DNA of 49,694 nt from Verrucomicrobiota bacterium (lineage in GTDB: Bacteria > Verrucomicrobiota > Verrucomicrobiia > Opitutales > Opitutaceae), in the NCBI GenBank assembly GCA_043783345.1, contig JAYVZM010000411.1, forward strand, positions 1 to 49,694. Reading direction: 5' to 3'. This document shows positions 42,419-49,694 of the stretch, in pieces; the first letter of the stretch is position 1, and each line of letters begins with the position of its first letter. The position numbers were made by a program, and so were the translations under genes. Under the pieces are notes generated by a model. It searched no databases. It was given only the letters and a program-made list of their open reading frames with translations, and was not told the origin of the DNA.

Positions 42419-42607
42419 TCAGTTTTGCGGGACGATCCGGCGACAGGCCCGCGGCTTGCGACGGGCGCGAGGATCGTTGACGCACGCCGAACAGAGGTCG
42501 GGTTCCACCCAACGGCACGGGCGACCGGTGCGCGCGACGCAGCCGGAGCAATCGTATTCAGTGCAGCCGCAAACACGGCACGCGGTTTCGTTGGTGGTGG
42601 CCTTCAT
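42419..42607 (-). CDS. Small Cys-rich (zinc-binding-like) protein
   Basis: CRVCGCTEYDCSGC....RPCRWVEPDLCSAC. ATGA overlap with the upstream gene, and it fills the gap exactly. Confidence 0.7.
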   Translation of the reverse strand: MKATTNETACRVCGCTEYDCSGCVARTGRPCRWVEPDLCSACVNDPRARRKPRACRRIVPQN

Positions 42608-43599
42608 TTCGAGGGAACAACGTCCACCAGGACGTTGAAGTTGTTTTGGAGATTGATGTTGGCGCGCGTGCCGTCCGGATTGCCGGTAATCGCGAGATAG
42701 GCGACAGCCTGGCCGGTCTGATAGGCGCCGAGGATCTCGGCCAAGCGCGCCCGGGCGCGCTCGTCATCTGTGCTGTGTTTCTTCGCGAGCCGGGCGGCGG
42801 CGAGTCGGGCCGTTATCTGCCGGGCCTCCTCATCGAGCGCGGCGGCATTAGGACACGATGGAATCGTTCCCCTTGCGTCCGCGATGCTGCAAAAGAACGT
42901 GCGTTCGCCGATCTTCACCGCGAGGGAGTCCGGCCGGAATGCCAGCGGCCGCGGCGTCTTGTTCACGAAAACAACGCGAAGGACGATCGTGTCCTCGGCC
43001 TCGAAGCGCCAGGCCTGCTCTATCAGCACGTCGCAAAGTGGGTAGGGAATGCGAAACGACTTCTCCTGGGCGGTGATGTTGCGCTGGTAGCCAGGATAGG
43101 CGGCTGCGATGACGCCGAAGGCCTTCGCCTCATCGAGCATTTCGACCAGCCGAGTGACGCCAACGCGCGGTGTCTTGGCGGAGGCCTTCGCGCGCGCATT
43201 CCCCGACGCCGGCGGCGCCCGGAGTAAGGTCAGGCCGCGGGTCGGTTCGTCGGAGAGGACGAAAACGAAGCCGTAAATCCGCCCCTCAAAAATGACATTC
43301 AGGTCGGACCGCGCGTTCGGCATGATCGCGCGCACGGTGAAATAGTTGGTGGCCGGCTCGTGATCGATCTGGACCGGCTGCGGCGCCGTGTCCGCCGCAC
43401 GCATCAAGCCGATACCCTGGAAGCCAAGGCCGGCGGCCGGAAACACAATCGTGGTCGGCAGGTTCGGCGCGATGCCGACGACGTAGGTTTGGTCCGGCTG
43501 CAGGTATTGCGACTGCATCCGTCCAGTGGGAACGTCGGGCGTGGCGGCCCGGAGGGCGGCCACGGTGGCGCTCATTGCAAGGAATAGTCGAAGTCCCAT
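42604..43599 (-). CDS. VirB9/TraK-like core complex protein
   Basis: Signal peptide, then TTIVFP and LNVIFEGRIY in a two-domain beta-rich layout. Lies between the virB8-like and virB10-like genes. Confidence 0.68.
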   Translation of the reverse strand: MGLRLFLAMSATVAALRAATPDVPTGRMQSQYLQPDQTYVVGIAPNLPTTIVFPAAGLGFQGIGLMRAADTAPQPVQIDHEPATNYFTVRAIMPNARSDLNVIFEGRIYGFVFVLSDEPTRGLTLLRAPPASGNARAKASAKTPRVGVTRLVEMLDEAKAFGVIAAAYPGYQRNITAQEKSFRIPYPLCDVLIEQAWRFEAEDTIVLRVVFVNKTPRPLAFRPDSLAVKIGERTFFCSIADARGTIPSCPNAAALDEEARQITARLAAARLAKKHSTDDERARARLAEILGAYQTGQAVAYLAITGNPDGTRANINLQNNFNVLVDVVPSK

Positions 43600-44186
43600 A
43601 CGGCAAGCGGGGGGCGATTGTTGAGCATCATGTTCGGGTTGCGAACGAGGATGAGTTGGAGAGAAAAACGGCGCGTCTCACTGTGCGGCCGATCGCGAAA
43701 AACGCCGGTGCGGATGAGCTGGCCGGTGAGCGTCACCTTAACGATTTTCTCGTCCTGGACGACGATCTGCGCGGGCTCGGTGATGTTCATCTTCTGGTGA
43801 AACTGCTTCGCGTGAAACTCCTTTGTTTCCGCGGCAATGAGCGCGCGCAGTTTTCCAAGGCAGGACTGACCGCCGCCGCTGCTCTGGTCGGAGAGGAACC
43901 AGCGCTCGAGCTCGGCCGGCCGGTCCGCACCTTCGGGATTGCGCGAGAGCGCGGCGCGCGCGGCCTGGAACGCGCAGTCCTCGTGCAGGTCCGTGGCCTC
44001 GTCAAAGGAGAGGGCGGGGGCCACGGTATACGAGCCGGGGCCGTTCTGGATGATGAAGCGCTCGCGTTGCTTGTGGATCGAGGCTAGCCAGACGGGTTGG
44101 AAAACGGCGATGCCGAGCAAGGCAAAGAGGGCGACGGTTTTCCCGTGCTCGATCGCGCGGCGGTCAATGAATTGGTAGACGCTCAT
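43572..44186 (-). CDS. VirB8/TraE-like protein
   Basis: 204 aa from ATG 44186; one N-terminal TM and an NTF2-like C-terminus (V.LTGQLIR...RNPNMMLNNRPPLAVWDF). Confidence 0.72.
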   Translation of the reverse strand: MSVYQFIDRRAIEHGKTVALFALLGIAVFQPVWLASIHKQRERFIIQNGPGSYTVAPALSFDEATDLHEDCAFQAARAALSRNPEGADRPAELERWFLSDQSSGGGQSCLGKLRALIAAETKEFHAKQFHQKMNITEPAQIVVQDEKIVKVTLTGQLIRTGVFRDRPHSETRRFSLQLILVRNPNMMLNNRPPLAVWDFDYSLQ

Positions 44187-45010
44187 CGGACAAGATGGGT
44201 AGCGTTGAGCATGCTCGTTACGCCGGGCCCGGACAGGGCGGCTCCGCCGTGGGCACAGAGTGAATAGGCGAGCGGCGGCGTGCCGATGATGCCCCCGAGG
44301 AGAATTAGGCCGGAAGCGAACGGGGCGAGGAAGTTGCCGATGAAACCGGCGCCGGCCAGCGAATCGACCCAGGAGACGGAGAGGCCGTTGCTCACGGTGA
44401 AAACGAAACCGGCAATCACGGTGACGATGGCGAAGAAGAGCGGCCAGAGGAGCACGGAAATCCAAAAGGCAATGAAGCCCTGGCACTGATTGCGGATCGC
44501 TGGGATCGTGAGCCCGGCGACCGCCACGGGCATGGCCACCATGCAGAACCGTTCGACCCCGACTTGCACGAATAGCAGGGGAATGGCGATGACCGAGCCA
44601 ATCGTCGCGATGAGTCGCATGAGGCCGACGACGACAAGATCCATGAGGACGCTCCCGACCGCGTTCCATACTGAGAAGTCGAGGCCGGGCTGGTTTACTG
44701 CCGTGTTCACAGCGGCCGTGATTCGGTGGAAAATGTCGGAGAGCCCGGTGTGGTAGTCGAGCAGCGCATAGGGCAGGTAGTAGCAGGCATCGCGCATGAG
44801 ACCGGTCCACAGCGGGATGGCGGCGATAAAGATAGAGGCGACGCAAACGCGCATGAGCGGCTTGAAATGGTCCTGCTTCTCACCGAGGACGGTCATGACG
44901 TAGCCGACGATCGCCAGCATGAAGGCGATCATCATGAATGGCAGCTCGAGGGCGGCGAACGGGCTACCGACTTGGAGACTTTGCAGGGCTTCTAGGAGTT
45001 GTTTGTTCAC
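44183..45010 (-). CDS. VirB6/TrbL-like polytopic membrane protein
   Basis: 275 aa with about six hydrophobic segments and VLLWP, positioned between the virB5-like and virB8-like genes. Confidence 0.72.
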   Translation of the reverse strand: MNKQLLEALQSLQVGSPFAALELPFMMIAFMLAIVGYVMTVLGEKQDHFKPLMRVCVASIFIAAIPLWTGLMRDACYYLPYALLDYHTGLSDIFHRITAAVNTAVNQPGLDFSVWNAVGSVLMDLVVVGLMRLIATIGSVIAIPLLFVQVGVERFCMVAMPVAVAGLTIPAIRNQCQGFIAFWISVLLWPLFFAIVTVIAGFVFTVSNGLSVSWVDSLAGAGFIGNFLAPFASGLILLGGIIGTPPLAYSLCAHGGAALSGPGVTSMLNATHLVR

Positions 45011-45152
45011 GGAGATAGGTGTCGATGGGTTGCGGGAGCTGCCACCCGTTATGGAGGGCGACGAGCGTCCAGAGGAGCCCGCCGGCGAGCACGGCCAGGA
45101 GAATCCTGAAATAGGATGCGAAGACGGTGCGCAGGGGTGGCGGGCGGTCCAT
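44964..45152 (-). CDS. Small membrane protein
   Basis: 62 aa from ATG 45152 with one TM helix; fills the gap between the virB5-like and virB6-like genes. Confidence 0.5.
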   Translation of the reverse strand: MDRPPPLRTVFASYFRILLAVLAGGLLWTLVALHNGWQLPQPIDTYLREQTTPRSPAKSPSR

Positions 45153-45159
45153 GGCGGGT

Positions 45160-45954
45160 TTACTGGCCCAAATTGGCGTCGCGGTCACGGGACTCGCGGA
45201 AGGATTGTCGGAGGCGCTCGCGTTCCACGTCCCGCTCCATCGCGGCGCGATTCTCGTTAAGCGTTGCCTGGACCTGCAGGAGTTTGATCTTCTGGTCGAG
45301 CTGCCGCTGGAGCTCGGTCAAGCGGAGCGTAAGCGTCGCCTTTTTCTCCTGTAATTTCGCGAGCTTTTCCTGGTCGGTGGATTCGATGATTTCTTTGCTC
45401 GTGTCCGCAATGTCGGTGAGGATTTCGGAGATTTCCTTGTTCGCCTGGTCGAGACTGCGCTCCAGGTCGGCGTGCTGGGTGTAGATCGTGTTGAAACGTT
45501 TCAGCTTAGCGTCGTCGTAGGTAAAAGGCGTGCCGTAGGTGGTCTTGAGGTCGAGCGCTTCATAGTTGCCGTGGGCGGTGTAGTTGAGGGCAGGCGTGCC
45601 GGTATCGACGATGGCGTTGATGCGCCAGTTAGCGCCGAGCGTTGCGCGGAGGTTGTCGCCGCGATTTCGAAGGCTGATGGCGCGGTCATAGACACCCTGC
45701 CAGTCCCCGATGCGACCGACGATGTTCGCCTTCATGTTGTTGATTTCTTCGATTGTCCGGAGCTGCTTGCTGGCGAAATCTTCGAATTTTTTGATTTCCT
45801 CTGCCCAATGCGCGAGTTCCTTCACCTCTTTGCCGACTTCCCAGGAGTGCTGAATCGGGTTGAACACGATGTCCCCAACGCCTAATACGGCGAGAACGGG
45901 CGCGGCCGCGGCGGAAGCGGCGAGCGCGACGATAGTGATGGTTTTTGCTTTCAT
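45160..45954 (-). CDS. VirB5/TrbJ-like protein
   Basis: Signal peptide, GDIVFNP motif, all-helical coiled coil, upstream of the virB6-like gene. Confidence 0.72.
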   Translation of the reverse strand: MKAKTITIVALAASAAAAPVLAVLGVGDIVFNPIQHSWEVGKEVKELAHWAEEIKKFEDFASKQLRTIEEINNMKANIVGRIGDWQGVYDRAISLRNRGDNLRATLGANWRINAIVDTGTPALNYTAHGNYEALDLKTTYGTPFTYDDAKLKRFNTIYTQHADLERSLDQANKEISEILTDIADTSKEIIESTDQEKLAKLQEKKATLTLRLTELQRQLDQKIKLLQVQATLNENRAAMERDVERERLRQSFRESRDRDANLGQ

Positions 45955-45975
45955 GCGAATTAGTGGGACGGTGAA

Positions 45976-46335
45976 TTATTGCGGGAGGCGGACGTATTCG
46001 ACCCCCGCGTTGACGATCACGCCGTCGATTTTCCGCGCGGGCACGGTGAGGGGCACCAAATCGGCCTGCGGCCGATTACTGTCCGCAGCGTCGGTGTTCT
46101 GGGTGTTGTTGATCGCCTGGTAGAGCGATTTCGCGGCCTGCAGCTGCCCGAGAGCGTAGGCCTCGCGCAGGCGCACGTCCTTCTTGGTGCCGGCGAGAAT
46201 CTCGGCGTTGCGGCGCTCTTCCGGGGTGGTGGCGTTCTGGGTGGCGACGGTGGAGCGAACGTCGGCGGCGATCTTTTCGCGCGAGGCGCAGCCGGTGAGC
46301 AGCGCGAGGACAGTGACTATGATGAGGGTTCTCAT
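45976..46335 (-). CDS. Small lipoprotein (VirB7-like or entry-exclusion candidate)
   Basis: Lipobox LLTG|C, 119 aa, inside the T4SS operon. Confidence 0.7.
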   Translation of the reverse strand: MRTLIIVTVLALLTGCASREKIAADVRSTVATQNATTPEERRNAEILAGTKKDVRLREAYALGQLQAAKSLYQAINNTQNTDAADSNRPQADLVPLTVPARKIDGVIVNAGVEYVRLPQ

Positions 46336-46580
46336 TTTTGGGTGTGGGATTTGTGATAAGCGGTGACGAAAGCCGGTGCGGCGAGGTCCCGAGCGACGAA
46401 ATACTCCGTAAGATAGTTCACGTATTTGTGGGTGGCCTTTTGGATGAGCAGGAGGTCGCCCGGGAGCTCGGTTGGTGTGCCAATCCGCGTCTGGATCGTT
46501 GTGATCGCCTCCGCGAGCTGGCGGAGGTCCTCGGGCAGGTCGCGAAGAACCGCGTTGTAGTCATGGGCGTTAGAGGGCAT
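46332..46580 (-). CDS. Hypothetical protein
   Basis: 82 aa, coupled to the downstream lipoprotein gene. Confidence 0.6.
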   Translation of the reverse strand: MPSNAHDYNAVLRDLPEDLRQLAEAITTIQTRIGTPTELPGDLLLIQKATHKYVNYLTEYFVARDLAAPAFVTAYHKSHTQK

Positions 46581-46589
46581 TGCGGATGG

Positions 46590-47534
46590 TTAGAAACCGG
46601 CGGTGCGCAAAGCAGGGGTGGCCGCGGCGGTGCGACCGCTGGCGATCGTGAGCGGTCGGGTTGGAGAGGGGGCGCGGGAGAGTTGCGCCGAAAGGGAGCC
46701 GGACCGTGGCGGCTGCGGCCTGGTGCCATCGGACTCACGCATCCGCTCACCGTTATCCCGGCGCAGTTCGTCCGCCGCGGACCCGGCGTTGGCGTGTATG
46801 CCCGCTTTCATCCGCTCGACCTCGGCGGGATCGGGGCGCTCCTGGTCGCGAGGCGTAACCCGCGCGACGGCCGCCCGGATGGCGGAACTGATGGCGTTTG
46901 GCGTCTTGCGGGCCCAGGCGATCGAGCGGCCGAAATCGCGGCCCGTGACGGTGGAGAATAACGGTTGATTTGGGCTGGCGGCCGGCGGGGCGAGTTTCGC
47001 TGGCTGGAAAAGAATCGCGGGCGTGGCACCTGCGAGCACTTCCTGGATTCGCTCGGTGGCCTCGGTGAGAGGTAGTGACCCGAGGCGGGCGACGTCGGCC
47101 ACGAGCTGCTGCGCGTAAACTTTCACGGCGGGATGGTCCGGCTTGCGCTTCGGGTCATCATAGATTTTGCAGAGCCGTTCGATTCTCGTTGTGACCTCGT
47201 TGCGCGCGAGCGGCGCGCCGATAAGATCCTTGATGCTCGTCGGGTCGGTAAAACGCTGGTCGACCGCCGGCAAGTCCGCGGAGCCTTCGCGTGAGGTGAG
47301 CAAGGCGGCGACGCGGCTGTGGAGCTTCTGGAGGGCGCTGCGGCAACGCTCGTAGCTTGCGTAGTCCGGTTCGTAGCAGCCGTGCTGCCGGACTTCGTAA
47401 CTCTCCCGAATCGTGGCGGCCGCGCCGCCGACATTCGGGAGGAGCTTCGCGAGTTCGTCAGCGGCGTTCATTGTGACGCCTGCCGGCAGGGTGCCAGCCG
47501 CGAGCGCGGCGAGTTCATTCGGCTTGAGGTTCAT
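46590..47534 (-). CDS. Hypothetical cytoplasmic protein
   Basis: 314 aa, ATGA overlap with the virB4 stop. Helical N-terminal part and a disordered basic C-terminal tail. Confidence 0.65.
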   Translation of the reverse strand: MNLKPNELAALAAGTLPAGVTMNAADELAKLLPNVGGAAATIRESYEVRQHGCYEPDYASYERCRSALQKLHSRVAALLTSREGSADLPAVDQRFTDPTSIKDLIGAPLARNEVTTRIERLCKIYDDPKRKPDHPAVKVYAQQLVADVARLGSLPLTEATERIQEVLAGATPAILFQPAKLAPPAASPNQPLFSTVTGRDFGRSIAWARKTPNAISSAIRAAVARVTPRDQERPDPAEVERMKAGIHANAGSAADELRRDNGERMRESDGTRPQPPRSGSLSAQLSRAPSPTRPLTIASGRTAAATPALRTAGF

Positions 47535-49694
47535 CGTTTATCTCCTGGGCTGAGTTGCGGGGCCGGAACCATGGGCAGGTAGAGTCGCGCCGTGCCGGCG
47601 AGGGCGGGCACAAGGCTGGGGTTGTAGTAGACGAGCGACGAATAGCGGTCGCCGGCCGGGAGCATTTCCGGGGTGGGGAAACTGAGGATCTCTTTTTGAA
47701 TCGGCTCGGGCAGTCGGCCCGGAAGGCGCTCGGCGAGCGCCGTGACATCCTCGGTGTCGAGCTGTTTGAGGAGGATGTATTGGCGGCAGTTGCCGATGAC
47801 GTAGGGAGCAACGCCGGTGTCGAGGAGCTTCCTGAGCTGTTGGATCACCATCCAAATGACGCAGCTATATTTCCGCATCTGCGTGCAAAATTCCACGATC
47901 AGCTTGTCGGCATCGGGCACGTCGAGGTAGCGCATCATCTCCTCGAGCACGACGCGCTTCCTCAGATGGCGCGGCATGTTGATGATGCGCTGGCGGATTT
48001 TGCCGGTCATGAGAAGCGAGACGGCAGTTTTGAGTTCCTTTTGCTCTTCGGGAATTTTGCCGAGTTCGAAGTGCACGACGCGGCTGTCGAGCGGGACGGT
48101 GGAAACCCCGTCGAAGAGGGGACCGTAGTCGCCCTCGGCAGCGGACCAATTCCGGAGCATGGTCGCCATGTCGTTCAACTCGTCGCTGCGGAATTCCGGC
48201 ATCCGGTGGGTCAGCATCAGCTCGGCAAGGGCGGCGTGCTGCGGATATTCGTCCGGCCGGAAGCGCGTGAAGACGTGTTGCTCGAGCAACGGCCGCGTCG
48301 CGTTGTCATGGGCGAAGTGGAAAATGTCGCTCTCGGTCAGGTCCTTCACGAAAGAGCAAATGCGGTCCTCGCCGGCGGCCAGGCCGTCGCGGATGACCGT
48401 GTAGGCGTCCGTGAGGCTGTCGTCATGGGTCATGTGCTGGCGGTGCCAGAGATGCACTGCGTAGGACTCGCGCTGCACGATGTTCGCGAGTTCGCGGTTC
48501 TTGCGAAGCCAGTCGCCGGCGGCCGTGGCGTAGAGCAGGCGCAGGTATTGATTGAGGATCGCGCGGCGGCGCGAAACGATCATTGGGTCTTTCGGCGTCC
48601 CGGTCATGTGGAGCGCGAGCGCCGAGGCGAAACTGGTGTGAAGCGAACTGAGCGGCAGACCGCCGGTGTCCAGATAGTTGATCGTGTGGGTGCCGTCCAC
48701 CTGGACGCGGATCGTTTTGCAACCGTGGGCCTCGGTGTAGGGGGTGTAGTCGCTGCCTTCCTCGATGATCGTCTCGAACTCGTAGTAAGGCGCGGACTGG
48801 AACATCATGTCGTTTAGAGTCGTCGTCTTGCCGGCGCCGGTGGAGCCGATGAAAAGCGTGTGCTGCGCGGTGGCGGGCGTTCCCAGGAAGGACGGGATGG
48901 CGACAATCGAGCGCGGGGCGTCGGTCGGGGTATCCTTCGTCGCGCCGTCCATCAGGATTTCGGGGGCGTCCGGCCTGCCTTCGAACGTGCTTGTGAACGG
49001 CACGATGTCGGCGAGGTCGATGTCCACCATGTCGACGTGGCGCTTGTCGTAGCCGTAGGTCCAGCCTGGCAGGGTCGCGTAGAAGAGTTTCCGGGTGGTG
49101 GTCGCGAGGTTCGCCAGGTGGCATTGGACGCCGTTCATTCCTTCCAGCGCGCGCTTCGCGAGCGCAACGCGGGAAGTCAGGTCCTCCTCGGTCTTGGCCC
49201 ACACCCGCACCGTGTAGAGGGCAGAGAGCATTTTCTGGCTGCCCCGGTAGAGCCGGCGAATCTGTTCCTCCTCCAGGTTTTTCGACTCGTCCTTGGATAC
49301 GCTCTGCTCGCCGCGCTGCGCGGCGTCGGCGTTTTCCTTTCGCAGCGTCGAAACCGCGTCCTCCTTCTTCGTTATGAGCTTCTCCATGTCGATGTGGTGC
49401 GCATTGGTGACGAGCTCGTAGTCGTTGAAGGGAAGGCGGGCGAGGGCGTGGAACAGGCCCGATTCGCTGCGGAGCTGGCAGCTCCGCAGCGTTACGATCG
49501 TCTGATAATACCCATTCAGGTGGATGCCGTGCGGGGCGTGACTCGCGATGCCGGACGAGAAGAGTTGCTCGAGGATGGACAAATCCGCGTTGTGCTGGCG
49601 CGCGGAATTGCCGGGCGTCTCGGCGAGCGACGGATCGAAGGCCCGCTCAAGGAGGCGGAAATGGTCCTCGGTGGTGAGACGCTCGACGTGGGCG
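47531..49694 (-). CDS. virB4: VirB4-family T4SS ATPase, C-terminal part
   Basis: HTLFIGSTGAGKT (Walker A), IIEEGSDY, YGPLFDG, VHFEL, KRVVLEE (Walker B), QMRKY...IQQ. In frame with 1..607. Confidence 0.92.
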   Translation of the reverse strand, partial: AHVERLTTEDHFRLLERAFDPSLAETPGNSARQHNADLSILEQLFSSGIASHAPHGIHLNGYYQTIVTLRSCQLRSESGLFHALARLPFNDYELVTNAHHIDMEKLITKKEDAVSTLRKENADAAQRGEQSVSKDESKNLEEEQIRRLYRGSQKMLSALYTVRVWAKTEEDLTSRVALAKRALEGMNGVQCHLANLATTTRKLFYATLPGWTYGYDKRHVDMVDIDLADIVPFTSTFEGRPDAPEILMDGATKDTPTDAPRSIVAIPSFLGTPATAQHTLFIGSTGAGKTTTLNDMMFQSAPYYEFETIIEEGSDYTPYTEAHGCKTIRVQVDGTHTINYLDTGGLPLSSLHTSFASALALHMTGTPKDPMIVSRRRAILNQYLRLLYATAAGDWLRKNRELANIVQRESYAVHLWHRQHMTHDDSLTDAYTVIRDGLAAGEDRICSFVKDLTESDIFHFAHDNATRPLLEQHVFTRFRPDEYPQHAALAELMLTHRMPEFRSDELNDMATMLRNWSAAEGDYGPLFDGVSTVPLDSRVVHFELGKIPEEQKELKTAVSLLMTGKIRQRIINMPRHLRKRVVLEEMMRYLDVPDADKLIVEFCTQMRKYSCVIWMVIQQLRKLLDTGVAPYVIGNCRQYILLKQLDTEDVTALAERLPGRLPEPIQKEILSFPTPEMLPAGDRYSSLVYYNPSLVPALAGTARLYLPMVPAPQLSPGDKR
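49597..49694. repeat. Terminal direct repeat, copy 2
   Basis: Identical to 1-98. Confidence 0.97.

Noticed and set aside
47531-49582. virB4 as an N-terminally truncated 683-aa gene
   Set aside because: The frame continues across the junction to ATG 607, giving about 890 aa.
1-49694. tRNA/rRNA genes, IS elements, resistance genes, classical toxin-antitoxin pairs
   Set aside because: None were recognisable by eye. Small divergent TA genes among the hypothetical ORFs cannot be excluded without HMM searches.

Overview
The window is most likely a complete, circular, GC-rich conjugative plasmid of 49,596 bp. Bases 1-98 are repeated exactly at 49597-49694, and the virB4 reading frame runs uninterrupted across that junction. 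Protein style (MobF N-terminus, A|F prepilin sites, Ig/GlyGly-tailed surface proteins) suggests a Verrucomicrobiota/Opitutaceae host; this is inference, not a database result. It carries: (i) an iteron replicon (rep plus eight helically phased 24-bp iterons); (ii) a short ParA with a small DNA-binding partner and nine dispersed arrays of a 9-bp nnnGCTAGC unit; (iii) a MOBF relaxase, a coupling protein and an accessory protein; (iv) a probable leading region (DUF932, SRAP, acidic proteins, large ssDNA hairpins). (v) The main novelty candidate is a VirB-like T4SS (VirB2/3/4/5/6/8/9/10-like, no recognisable VirB1 or VirB11) whose operon runs directly into type IV pilus genes through a lipoprotein that appears to carry both a T4SS-type and a pilus-type domain. 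A second, translationally coupled operon encodes a GlyGly-tailed metzincin protease, a 1031-aa adhesin, PilT, secretin, PilB, two pilins, PilMN/PilO and SSB. Both operons have the same 13-bp palindrome upstream. All family calls come from reading motifs by eye; no searches were run.
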